A stretch of 29,272 bases of DNA from Cladosporium halotolerans (taxonomy: Eukaryota). Every line of letters begins with the position of its first letter. Position 1 is the stretch's first letter. A program made the position numbers and the translations under genes. Under the pieces are notes generated by a model. It was given only the letters and a program-made list of their open reading frames with translations, did no database searches and had not been told where the DNA came from. Shown here piece by piece: positions 1-10,722 of this stretch. The stretch is from assembly GCF_011745625.1 (NCBI RefSeq), contig NW_027191484.1, positions 248,001 to 277,272 of the forward strand. The letters run 5' to 3'.

Positions 1-599
1 CCACAGCAGCACGCCGGATCCGATGGCCCGCCAGACCCCGTGTGGCAGTACCCTGGCTTCACGTGCGCGGCGTCCGTCAGCCGCAGGCATCTTCAGGCAA
101 CCCAGCGTCGCCCGCCATTCCACAGCTCCACCCATCGGGGCGCAGTGCCGACAGGGCTGCGCGAACTCACCGCGACTCGGCCGCCTCCTCGCTGCCACAG
201 CCCTCAGCTCACTGCTCAGACCGGCGGGCTGCAATGCCTTCCACTGCCCGGCGCCGACAGGGGTGCCGGCATGATCGCACTCTCGCCGTTGCTACTCTGC
301 AGCCATCCCTTCTACCCGCCGCACGCTATGCGCTGTGGCATTGCTGGCATGCTTGTAACTTTCCGACATCTTGCGGTGACTCTCAACTCAACGTGCGGTA
401 GGGCTGGCCTATACATTGACTGTCGTCTCGTCTCTCGTCTGTGTCGGTTGTTCTTGATCTCGTCCCACATAACTACCCACTTGGAGCCAACCTTACCTTC
501 GCAGCTCTGCTTGACTTTCATCGACGAATCGTCAGTTGTAGTTGCATATCTCAGCTCTCAGCCCTACTTGCATCCCTTGTGTGCCTCGTTGTCTGAGGC

Positions 600-1765
600 A
601 TGACCACAGCGATTCGCGCTCCAGCTTCCTTGCTGCGCGACTCGTCTATTATGCCCGGCCTGAGGATGGGTTTTGATTCGATGGCTGCGTGGGACAAGAC
701 CTCGCTTGAATTTGATGATCACATCCTGAAGAGGTGCGTTCCTGCCGATTGTTCCCATGCACGTTCGTCGAGCTGACGCGAATCAGAGCACACACATCAA
801 CAATCGCTCCCCGACATGTGAACAAGATCCAAGGTCGATCGTTTTCAGATCCAATCTACAAGCCGCCCTCCTTCAGAACAGCGACATCATCATGGAGCCC
901 TCCCGCGTCCCCAACATCACCAATTTCGCCTTCATCAATACCCAGATCCATACCAACGACGGTCACCCCGCCTAGATCTCCCCAGGTCAACCCTTCAACC
1001 CGCGCTGCTCCCACCCTAACACCTCGAGAACGCCACTCCCTCGCCGCGAGACTCTACGCGGCCGCCTGCACCGGCGACCTCGCGCAAATCTCCATCCTCA
1101 TCTCCCTCGGCGCCCCCCTCAGCACCGCCACGCAAGTCAAAGGCCTCTACGAAGCCTTCAAGCCCGCGAAAAACGGCCACCTCTCCGCCCTCGCCGGCGC
1201 CGCCTCCCAAGGGCAAATCGCCGCAGCCCAAATCCTCCTCTCGCACGGCGCCGAAGTCAGCCCCAGCGTCGCGCAGTCTTCTTCTTCACCCCTGCACCAA
1301 GCCTGCCACGCCAACGACATCGCCATGGCCCGCTTCCTGCTCGCCGCGGGCGCCGACGTCGACGTCCAGAACTGCTACAACTCCACGCCGCTCATGTACG
1401 CCGTCAAGTACGGGTCCTCGGCGCTCGTCGCGCTCGTCCTGTCGTACTACCCTCGTCTGGAAACGACGGCTTTCATGGAGACGACGGCCGCGCATTGGGC
1501 GGTGTTTAATAGCCGGCCGGAGGCGCTGGCGCTGCTGCTGCGTGCGGGAGCGAACCCTGATGCGCGGATGGTCGATGGCAGCTCGCCGTTGCACTGTGCT
1601 GCTATGAGCGGGGCGCAGGATACGGCGGGGTTGTTGGTGGAGTTTGGTGCGGATGTGGTGTTGAGGGATGGGCAGGAGAGGACGCCGGGGGAGGTTGCGG
1701 TGTGTAATGGGAGAGGGGAGTTTGTTGAGATGCTGCAGAGAGTCGCGAGGGAGAAGAAGGCATGA
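600..1765 (+). CDS. Ankyrin-repeat protein; exons 600-733 and 787-1765
   Basis: Several ankyrin motifs (SPLHQAC..LLAAGADVD, TPLMYAV, TAAHWAV..LLRAGANPD, SPLHCAA..GAD). In-frame ATGs at 600, 651, 666 and 681 join the 734-1765 ORF through an intron GTGCGT(734)...GCTGAC...CAG(786) in the correct phase. The start choice is uncertain. Confidence 0.85.
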
Positions 1766-2340
1766 GGAGATTAGACAGTGAGACTGCACGTTTTCACGAG
1801 GGACGATGGATGATTCACGGCAATGGAAAAAGGGAACTGGAGGGCTTTGACAATGAGACTGCATGCTTTCATGAGAGACGAAGGACGAATTATGCACGAT
1901 TATAACCCCGGGATGTATGAGTATTTGGATTTTGGTTTTGGAGCGACAACGCAAAAAATACACCTTCTGAATTGAACTTGCTCATTCTGCAGTGTCTCTT
2001 TGATCACTCTCAGATTAGTCCGACGTGAGCAACACGAGTCCATCCGTTACCTCAGCCCCTCCGAAAGGCTCCCACGACGGCAGCGAGCACTGCATGCATG
2101 ACCTCAGCGCCTTACTAACCACATCACCCTCGCCGGTCCTCCTCACAATTGACTTCGCCTCGTTGCACGGCAGCTAGGCGCCCTTCGCAGTAGCCATTGG
2201 CCAAGCCCGCCAAAAGTGGTTCGCTTGGTGGACCTGTAGGATCGATCCTGCGCTTGTGACGCCGACTTCGCTTCGCAGCTGATGTGGGGGTGTTTTCGTA
2301 CAGCTTGCTCGTTTGAACCCCACCGTGCGTAAGGTAGCTT

Positions 2341-2347
2341 TATAAAA
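2341..2347 (+). promoter_or_regulatory. TATA box of NMT1
   Basis: TATAAAA followed by a CT-rich tract, about 110 nt upstream of the first 5' UTR splice donor. Confidence 0.55.
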
Positions 2348-2454
2348 GCACCGAGAAGTGATCTGTCTTTTCTGGCCTTCTGTTTCCTGTTCTCTCCACG
2401 TTTCACACGTTTCACAAGAACTCACGACTTACCCCCGATCCAGCCACCCATCCG

Positions 2455-2757
2455 GTACGGCGTTACGAGAGGAGGAGAGCAGCAATGTCGTCGGCGTGCA
2501 GAATGTCGTCTGGTCAAGGTAAAGTGTGACAAAAGCAGGCGGGTGCTTGCCCGCGAGAGCAGGTCCTCCCTCTTCTCTCCTCGCCCCCTTCTCCTCTTTC
2601 GGAGAGCGTGACTGAGAAGACAGGACCTGCTCTGGCGGGCTCGCTGAGAATACACCGTTACTCCACTTGATCAGCGTAATAGCTGCGCAAGAACATGCTT
2701 CTCCCCCCATGTCCCCTGGGCACAAAACGAGCGTGGAAGTATTGACTTTTAGTGAAG
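2455..2757 (+). promoter_or_regulatory. Alternatively spliced 5' UTR intron of NMT1: donors S1 (2455) and S2 (2519), uAUGs at 2485 and 2503, acceptor TAG 2752 (or AAG 2757)
   Basis: Donors GTACGG at 2455 and GTAAAG at 2519 lie 64 nt apart with two ATGs between them. A branch-like ATTGAC is at 2741. This is the same layout as Neurospora NMT1. Confidence 0.8.
2533..2700 (+). ncRNA. TPP (thiamine pyrophosphate) riboswitch aptamer with extended P3/P3a
   Basis: P1 AAGCA/TGCTT; P2 GCGGGTG/CACCGT; P3 GCCCGC/GCGGGC; P3a AGAGCAGGTCCT/AGGACCTGCTCT; conserved GCTGAGA; P4/P5 CTTGATCAGCGTAATAGCTGCGCAAG. It sits upstream of a thiamine biosynthesis gene. Confidence 0.95.
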
Positions 2758-2770
2758 CGCCACCGACACC

Positions 2771-4054
2771 ATGTCTTCCGACAAGATCACTTTCTTGACG
2801 AACTGGTGCGCTGGCCCCGTCTCTGTACCTACTAACGATGGAGGATGTGTTTGGCTGACCGTCGACAAGGCACGCCACGCCGTACCACGCTCCGCTGTAC
2901 CTGGCTCAGGCTAAGGGGTACTTCAAGGAAGAAGGAATTAAGGTTGCTTTGTTGGAGCCGAATGATCCGAGTGTACGTTTGGTTATCTTTTGAGCTTCCT
3001 TCTTGATAAAATGCTGATTTCTGGAACAGGATGTCACCGAGATCATTGGCACTGGCAAGGTTGATCTGGGCTTCAAGGCTATGATCCACACTCTGGCTGT
3101 GTGTATCTTTTCGTCGAAGTTGCTGAGAATGTCTGCTGACTTTTTGTAGGCCAAAGCCCGTGACTTCCCCGTCCTCTCCATCGGTTCGCTCCTCGACGAG
3201 CCGTTCACCGGTGTCGTCTACCTTAAGGACTCCGGCATCACCACGGACTTCCGCACCCTTAAGGGCAAGCGCATCGGCTATGTCGGCGAGTTTGGCAAGG
3301 TCAGTACAGTAGCTGTTAGATATTATCTGTCCGTATCTCCACCTGCTAACAAAGCCCCTAGATCCAAATCGACGAGCTCACCTCGCACTACGGCATGACG
3401 CCCTCGGACTACACCGCCGTCCGCTGCGGCATGAACGTCTCCAAAGCCATCATCAACAAGGAGATCGACGCCGGCATCGGCCTCGAAAACGTGCAGATGG
3501 TCGAGCTCGAGGAGTGGCTCGCCTCTCAGTCCCGCCCCAAATCCGACGTCCAGATGCTGCGCATCGACGAGCTCGCCGAGCTGGGCTGCTGCTGCTTCTG
3601 CTCCGTGCTGTACATCGGCAACGAAGCCTTCATCTCCCAGAACCCGGACAAAGTCCGCGCGTTCATGCGCGCCGTCAAGAAGGCGACGGATTTCGTGCTG
3701 TCCGAGCCCGAGAAGGCCTGGGCCGAGTACGTCGACTTCAAGCCCGTCATGGGCTCGCCGCTCAACCGCAAGATCTTCGAGCGCAGCTACGCGTACTTCT
3801 CGCAGGACCTGCAGAACGTCAGGCGCGACTGGACGAAGGTCACGAACTATGGCAAGAGGCTTGGGGTGTTGAAGGAGAGCTTCGAGCCGAACTACACCAA
3901 TGAGTTCTTGGGCTGGAAGCTGGAGGAGGACCAGGAGGATCCGACCGGCGACCAGAAGTCGATGATTCAGCTGCAGAAGGAGATTGCTGAGAAGGGTGGC
4001 TTCAAGAGGCTGGATGTGAAGAGGTGCCCTTGTGCCGTCCCTGCTGCTGCCTAA
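2771..4054 (+). CDS. NMT1: HMP-phosphate synthase NMT1/THI5; exons 2771-2805, 2870-2972, 3030-3098, 3150-3299, 3362-4054
   Basis: The spliced product reads [79 protein letters not shown]. These are the THI5/NMT1 signatures, including the catalytic Lys/His and the CCCFC motif. All four GT-AG introns keep the frame. Confidence 0.97.
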
Positions 4055-4311
4055 ACTGCGCTCCTGCTGAAGTCGGTACGGGATGATGTACGATGTCGTC
4101 CTGCTTCGACAGCTGTACTCTCTTCGTGAGGCTCGATCAGACCACGGCTCGCCTGGTCGTCGGCCATAACATTCGTTCATTACTGCAACGACGATGATGA
4201 CAGTAGTCGCGCTAGTTAGCTTTCTTTCAACAGACAATGCAATGAAGTGTCGACGTCTTAAATCAATATGCTCCGTCCAGCAACTTTCGACCACAGAAGT
4301 AGCCCTTGTGG

Positions 4312-4347
4312 CGACCGTAAGTTCAAATAAACGATCGTAAGTTCAAA
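4312..4347. repeat. Short direct repeat, 16 nt twice, period 20
   Basis: CGACCGTAAGTTCAAA (4312-4327) and CGATCGTAAGTTCAAA (4332-4347). Confidence 0.7.
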
Positions 4348-4635
4348 GGTAAGAAAGTACACAGACTACTTCGACGACGTCCCTTCGGACTTAAAAGACT
4401 TCAGTCAGTTTCTCGCTTCACGGAGTTCTTACGACGGCAGAAGCAATTGACGGTGTTCATGCATCCAAAGGGATGTCTTGCGTCCTGATATCGTTCTTGA
4501 CAGACATTATGTCCCCTCCCTGTGTCTCGTGCGCGAAACAGGTCGGTATTTTGTTGGTGATTAATACCACGTTCTTCAGTTGAGGGATTCATACATCGCC
4601 CAAAGTCAATCAGCACAAGTTTCAACGGGCTGCTC

Positions 4636-4714
4636 ATCCATTCGTAACATCGTATGATCGTTAGAAACATTCTCCCGGATGTCCTCTAACGATCATACGA
4701 TGTTACGAATGGAT
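4636..4714. repeat. Perfect 30-bp inverted repeat with 19-nt spacer (hairpin)
   Basis: ATCCATTCGTAACATCGTATGATCGTTAGA (4636-4665) is the exact reverse complement of 4685-4714. Confidence 0.95.
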
Positions 4715-6864
4715 AAGTACCCTCCACTTAGAAGACCCAGAAAGTTGGCGTACTCCCAGTCCGCCATCGTGAAGGTCGTATTGGCCAGAGACGAACGGTT
4801 TGAGAGTGTTCCAGACTACATCTACATCCAACAAGGCCGGAAGGAATGAGCTGAAAGTAATGGACGAAATGTTGCCGTAAGTCAAGCAGATACTGAAGTT
4901 GAAGGAAGATCAATGTGAAAGAACAAAAAGTAGGGTGTTCTGAGAAATTCGCATTTGGCGATGCTCATACAGTTCGTTCATATTCCGACGAGGCAGCCGG
5001 TAATCTCCCGCTGATTGGACCGACGCATTCTCCCCATGTCTCTAACGTGTGTTGCGGATTAAGGTAGACATTATCAGGCAGGAAGGTGGTGATCATGCAT
5101 GTTTTGAGTGAGAAAGCGCTCAAGTGATATCGCTACGGATTAGCTGGCACGAGAATTAAATCGTCGGTGCGAATCTGATGACAAAGTGTGGGTTTGCGCA
5201 ATTTGGCCGTTCGCATTAGCGTGGTAAGCCGCAAAATCACATGCGTTCGTAAAGAGCACACCAGTACGGCCGCTCCTGCCAATCGACAGGTTTCGCAAAG
5301 AAGCTCAGACCTCCGCGTCGCGAACGTCACTTGTCCGATTGATCAAGTTGGTTTCCGTTCAAAAACCACCGTCGCATTGCGCGCATCACTTGATGGTACG
5401 TCTCGACGTGAAAAATTCATGAAGGATATGTCGCAGTAAGCCTTCCGAGTCGCTAGCGCACAACCATTAGCACATGACACGACACGATATCTACTTGTGA
5501 AACGAAGACAAGATCGATTCTACCGCACGTCGCATCTGTTGGATTTCTCCAATATCTACCTTTTCAGAACGCGGATCGAACACGTGCGATCGGGACGTAT
5601 GTATGGGCAGCCTAACTGGCATCGTGTTTAGTCCACGTCATTTTCGGCGCTAGAGTCCGTCTGTTCGACGTACGAGATGTTCGAACTATCCGCGAAATCA
5701 GCCTGACGATCTTCGGATGTAGTTTGTCAGATCCCAGCAAACCCAATGGATGCCCTGGGATTGCGCAAAGGTCATAATGGTCAATGAATTGAACCTTCAG
5801 GACATGAGAGACCTCCCGTGATATAGAATATTCCGCAACTTCCCGTAACATTTTTCAGGCAAATGTCGTTTCTGGCAACATTCAGTGCTGTCCTTTCCGT
5901 TGTCGATCATGATCTGTTCATCTATATCTAGTGATTCTGTCAGTTTATGACAGCTGCGACTGCCAGCCTGGAACCTCTATGATCATATGTTCCTTCTGTG
6001 TGCGGAGACAGAGGTGTGAGTGGTCGCTCAGGTGCTCGAACAAAATTGACAAGGCCCGACAGCACTCGATGCCATATGACTGGCCCAAAGGATACATCAG
6101 CTGATCATTGACAAGCAGTCTCATAGACATTGCAAGGTCATGCATAGCTTTCGTGGATATGGCAGACCTGGGACATTATTGCACCCTCGTCGATGATCAA
6201 TCTTCGTCGGCATTGCTCTACCGTTTGAGGCCAAATTTGTCGAGTTCAATCACCTGCCTTGTGAAGTCTTGTATCAGCGTTCAAGCCGATGGCACATCTG
6301 TGAGAGCGACTTCGAATGTCCGGGATTTTGCACTTTGTCTGTTGAGTGTATGCTCACTACAAATGCTTTCAATCAACAGCGCGGTTCCCTTGTCCCATCA
6401 TCTTCTTGCCACACTGTCGTCCACGTCTACTTCAAGCGACGGATATATACAAATTGAACCCCTATCAGCTCACTCGTGGGAGTTTTACATAGGGCTATCC
6501 AGACCTCCAGTAGCCCTGGTTTCGGTGCTCGAATTACACAGGATGACGGCACGCTGCTGCAGGCGAGCGGAGTTCTTTTCTTCTAAAGTATTCTCCGCTA
6601 CCTCATCGGACTCACCGCACCACCGCTAGCAGAGCTCGATCAATCTGTCGTCACACCACAGAGAGCGACACAAGCAAGAGCTGCCCCGCGTTGCCGGTAT
6701 TCCACGGCGGCACACGACTAGATCCTGTTGTAAGCGAGCATATCCAGTGGCGCACACAGGACTTCAGGAGTCTGCTCTTGCCATGTCTGGCAGCTCGCAA
6801 ATAAGCAGCTCGGTAAACAGAGGTGTGCCGATCCCGCCACATACCTAAAGTGGCATATGCCGCT

Positions 6865-7941
6865 ATGAAAAAGCTGCTGACGCTGCTCATGGTCGCCACA
6901 TTAGGCATCTTGACATCTTTGCCTGATCAAATCCATCTCATCAGGAACCCTACACATCATGTCCACCTTTTCCCGGCATACACACCCACTGCTCAAGCCG
7001 AGCAGGGTCGCTTGATCATCATCGGAGATGTACACGGTATGCTCAATGAGCTTCAGAGCTTGTTGAGAAAGACACAGTATTCTAGTGCAAATGGCGACCG
7101 CATCATCTTCACTGGCGACCTGGTCAACAAGGGTCCGGACAGCGCTGGAGTCGTCCAGACTGCTATGGATCTCAATGCCAGCAGTGTACGTGGCAATCAC
7201 GAGGACAAAGTCTTGCGAGTCTGGGCAGAAGCTCAAGAAGCGCGCATCCATGCTGAAGCTCAAGGCAAAGACGGTCGCAAGGCGTTGAAGAAGTTTGAAG
7301 CAGGGCTCAGCAAGAAGAAGCGTGCAGCGCTCGACGTGGCGCGGTCATTATCTTCAGAGCAACAGCATTGGATCGCTTCTCTGCCCGTTACGATTGACCT
7401 CGGCCATCTACCTGGAATGGGACATTGTATAGTCGTCCATGGCGGGCTGGTACCAGGCGTGTCTCTTGAGAACCAAGAGCCTTGGGCTATGTACAACATT
7501 CGCGCGTTGATCGATATCAACCACCTCGGCGCGAAGAGCGAGAAAGACGCCTACAAAGCCACTATTACTGAGCGGTTGACAGACATGCGACCTGGAATCG
7601 AGCCTACAAAGACTCAACTCTCGAATGCGAAGCAGGAGCTACTTGCGAGCTATAAAGAAGCCGGATTCATCCCTACTGGCGAGTTTCACGACGGCACCTG
7701 GTGGGTCGAGACATGGAACGAGCGAGAGAAAGCAAAACCAAAGGAAAGCAGGCTCACAGTGATTTACGGGCACGATTCGAAACGAAGTATTCAACAGAAA
7801 GACTTCTCGATTGGTCTAGATAGTCGATGCGTCGAGGGCGGCATGTTGACGGCACTGGTACTGCAGCTGAAGGAGGGTTCGGACGTGAGAAGCTCCGAAC
7901 TGGGGCGTAGCCTGGTCGGCGTGTCCTGCCATGATGAGTAG
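6865..7941 (+). CDS. Calcineurin-like metallophosphoesterase, PPN2/YNL217W-like, with N-terminal hydrophobic signal/anchor
   Basis: Motifs GDVHG, GDLVNKG, RGNHE, VVHGG, YGHD and GLDSRC. The first ATG (6865) opens MKKLLTLLMVATLGILTS. Confidence 0.88.
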   Translation: MKKLLTLLMVATLGILTSLPDQIHLIRNPTHHVHLFPAYTPTAQAEQGRLIIIGDVHGMLNELQSLLRKTQYSSANGDRIIFTGDLVNKGPDSAGVVQTAMDLNASSVRGNHEDKVLRVWAEAQEARIHAEAQGKDGRKALKKFEAGLSKKKRAALDVARSLSSEQQHWIASLPVTIDLGHLPGMGHCIVVHGGLVPGVSLENQEPWAMYNIRALIDINHLGAKSEKDAYKATITERLTDMRPGIEPTKTQLSNAKQELLASYKEAGFIPTGEFHDGTWWVETWNEREKAKPKESRLTVIYGHDSKRSIQQKDFSIGLDSRCVEGGMLTALVLQLKEGSDVRSSELGRSLVGVSCHDE

Positions 7942-8420
7942 AACGAACGGCTTCGTGTGGCCCATCGCATGGCAGGCATATCGAATAAGCCTCCAGTTGA
8001 TTAGCTTTGTGTAGCAATCAATATATATCACGCGAGATAATCTTCTGCACACCAGATCTCACGTCAGCGGTCGTGTAGGCGAGGCGCATCCGATCTCTCA
8101 TGCGTTCAGCCTCAGGCACAACAAGCTGGGGTCGCGCTTGCCGTCACATGCCCACCTCGACAGCTGCTGTTTGATGCTTCTTAGCCAGCCACGTATTGCC
8201 TCACCGCTCACCCTCTTGACCAAACCTAACGATTGCCACCGCTATCAAGCTGGCGCCCAGAGGATTGAACACGTTCGTTCCCCGACGCCCTTTTATCCTC
8301 TTCTTCCTTCTCCTCCTCGCAACCGTGGCTATCTTTCAGCTCCTCTCCGCTCGCTCGCGGACGTTCGCACCAAAGGCTATATTCTCTCTTGGAAGCTTCA
8401 GACCGGTCACTACAAGCGCT

Positions 8421-10571
8421 ATGGCGGGAGCCAAGTTTCAGAAGCCTCCCCAGGCGCCGCCTCTCTTCACTCACACTCCGGAATCCCTTCTAAAGGCTGC
8501 CGATCGTCTGCTGGCACAGAGCAAGGCGACTACGGACAAGGTGGTCGCCGCCAACACGCCTGAGAATGCGACATTTCAGAGCGTCATTCTGCCAATGGCG
8601 CGCGATGACAATCATCTGAGCCTTGAGTCGCACATCGTTGGTTTCTACCAGGCAGTCTCGACTGACGCGAAGCTGAGGGATGCGTCCACTGAGGCGGAGA
8701 AGAAGATGGATGACTTTTCGATTGAGGCATCGATGAGGGAGGATGTCTTCCAGCTGGTGGATGCGGTATTCAAGAAGCAAAAGAACGACGAGAAGCTGGA
8801 CCCGGAGAGTAGGCGTCTGCTCGAGAAGGACCACAAGGGCTACATCAGGATGGGCTTGGGCGTTCCTGCTGGGCCGCAGAGAGACCGCTTCAAGGCGATC
8901 AAGAAGCGCCTGTCTGAGCTCAGCATTACGTTCCAGAAGAACCTGAACGAAGAGCAGGGAGGTCTTTGGTTCACGCCGCAAGAGCTGGATGGTGTGCCGG
9001 AGGATGTGATGAGCAACCTGCAGAAGGGCGAGGCAGGGACGGAAAATGAGGGCAAGCTCCGCCTGACCTTCAAGTACCCAGATCTGTTCCCTACACAAAA
9101 GTACTGCAAGGTCGTGGAGACGAGGCACAAGGTGTTTGTTGAGAATGAGAACAAGTGCAACGAGAACATCGCGCTCTTCAAGGAGGCTATCGTTCTCCGC
9201 GACGAGGCAGCTCGCATCCTCGGATATCCCAACCACGCTACTTTCAGAATCGAGGACAAGATGGCAAAGACACCCAAGACTGTCGACGACTTCCTTGGAG
9301 ACTTGAAGTCACGCCTCGCGCCCGGCGGTGTGAAGGAGATTGCCAAGCTGAAGGAGCTGAAGAAGGCCGAGACTGGCAAGGCCGACAACTACTTTCTCTG
9401 GGACCACCGCTTCTACGATACTCTCATGCTTGAGAAGGACTTCCAGCTTGATCAGAACCGTATCGCAGAGTACTTCCCTCTGCAAACTTCTATCGAAGGA
9501 ATGCTTAAGATCTTTGAGGAGCTCTTTGGTCTTCTCTTCGTGAAGGTTGAGGGGGAGGATCGCAAGGCAATCTCTGAGACCGGCAAGGGTGAGGACATCA
9601 CGTGGCATCCGGACGTGCAGATCTTCTCTGTCTGGAATGATGAAGGTGAAGGCAGTGGATTCGTTGGCTACCTGTACCTCGACCTCCACCCTCGTGATGG
9701 CAAGTACGGTCACGCCGCCAATTTCAACATTCAGCCCGGTTTCATCACCGAGAGTGGCGAGCGCCGCTACCCTGCGACCGCCCTTGTGTGCAACTTCAGC
9801 AAGCCTTCGGCTAAGAGACCTTCCCTCCTGAAGCATGATGAAGTCGTCACTCTCTTCCACGAGCTTGGCCACGGCATCCACGATCTTGTTGCCAAGACAA
9901 TCTACTCTCGCTTCCACGGCACCAACACAGTCCGCGACTTCGTCGAGGCGCCCTCACAGATGCTTGAAAACTGGTGCTGGACACCCTCACAGATCAAGAG
10001 CCTCTCCAAGCACTGGTCGTACCTGTCGCCTGAATACGCCGAGGCATGGAAGGAGAGCTCGAAGTCGACCGAGCAGCCGCCTGAGTCTATGCCTGACGAT
10101 CTGATCAACAATATCGTCAACACTCGCCACGTCAACGACGCCCTCTTCAACCTCCGCCAATTGCACTTTGGCATTTTCGACATGACAGTCCACGAGGCCG
10201 CTTCTCACGAAGAGATCAAGAACCTCGACGCAAGCGAGACTTACAACCGTCTCCGCAAGGAAATCAGCAAGATCGACGGCCCAGAGGCGCTCGGCGAGGG
10301 CTTCAAGTGGGGCCACGGCCAGGCGACCTTCGGTCACTTGATCGGCGGCTACGATGCTGGCTACTACGGCTACTTGAGCAGCCAGGTCTACTCGGCCGAC
10401 ATGTTCTACAGCGTCTTCAAGAAGGATCCTATGAACGGCAAGGAGGGCAGGAGATACAGGTACTTGGTCCTCGAGAAGGGCGGCAGCCGTGACGAGATGG
10501 AGAGCCTGAAGGAGTTCCTCGGACGCGAGCCGAGCACCGAGGCTTTCTACAAAGAGCTGGGCGTGGCGTGA
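8421..10571 (+). CDS. mepB: M3 family metallopeptidase (MepB / thimet oligopeptidase / saccharolysin-like), intronless; possible non-AUG N-terminal extension from 8250
   Basis: Motifs TLFHELGHGIH (zinc site), DFVEAPSQMLENW, YLDLHPRDGKYGHAA and GYDAGYYGY. The first in-frame ATG is at 8421. Confidence 0.93.
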   Translation: MAGAKFQKPPQAPPLFTHTPESLLKAADRLLAQSKATTDKVVAANTPENATFQSVILPMARDDNHLSLESHIVGFYQAVSTDAKLRDASTEAEKKMDDFSIEASMREDVFQLVDAVFKKQKNDEKLDPESRRLLEKDHKGYIRMGLGVPAGPQRDRFKAIKKRLSELSITFQKNLNEEQGGLWFTPQELDGVPEDVMSNLQKGEAGTENEGKLRLTFKYPDLFPTQKYCKVVETRHKVFVENENKCNENIALFKEAIVLRDEAARILGYPNHATFRIEDKMAKTPKTVDDFLGDLKSRLAPGGVKEIAKLKELKKAETGKADNYFLWDHRFYDTLMLEKDFQLDQNRIAEYFPLQTSIEGMLKIFEELFGLLFVKVEGEDRKAISETGKGEDITWHPDVQIFSVWNDEGEGSGFVGYLYLDLHPRDGKYGHAANFNIQPGFITESGERRYPATALVCNFSKPSAKRPSLLKHDEVVTLFHELGHGIHDLVAKTIYSRFHGTNTVRDFVEAPSQMLENWCWTPSQIKSLSKHWSYLSPEYAEAWKESSKSTEQPPESMPDDLINNIVNTRHVNDALFNLRQLHFGIFDMTVHEAASHEEIKNLDASETYNRLRKEISKIDGPEALGEGFKWGHGQATFGHLIGGYDAGYYGYLSSQVYSADMFYSVFKKDPMNGKEGRRYRYLVLEKGGSRDEMESLKEFLGREPSTEAFYKELGVA

Positions 10572-10722
10572 GCATGTTTCTTTAATGCGTGATGATTAAG
10601 CTAAAATGTCTTGCTACAGAGCTAAAACCAGAATTAGATGAGGATTTCACACTTCAGCTTCCCTCTAACGACGACGTGGATCCCCCTTCACTTATTGCCC
10701 AAATGCTACAAAGAACTGACGA

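Noticed and set aside
23..603. Overlapping ORFs of 83-187 aa at the window start
   Set aside because: No recognisable motifs. They are likely by-products of GC-rich promoter/UTR sequence of the ankyrin gene.
2806..2869. Two branch-point motifs (ACTAAC, GCTGAC) in the first NMT1 coding intron, suggesting a nested intron
   Set aside because: The intron is only 64 nt and has no internal donor/acceptor pair.
3323..4294. 323-aa antisense ORF over NMT1, and similar antisense ORFs over mepB, DUF1996 and cip1
   Set aside because: These are shadow ORFs produced by strong GC3 codon bias on the coding strand.
6108..6629. 173-aa plus-strand ORF
   Set aside because: TTG start, Ser/Cys/Leu-rich composition and no motif, so it is not supportable as a gene.
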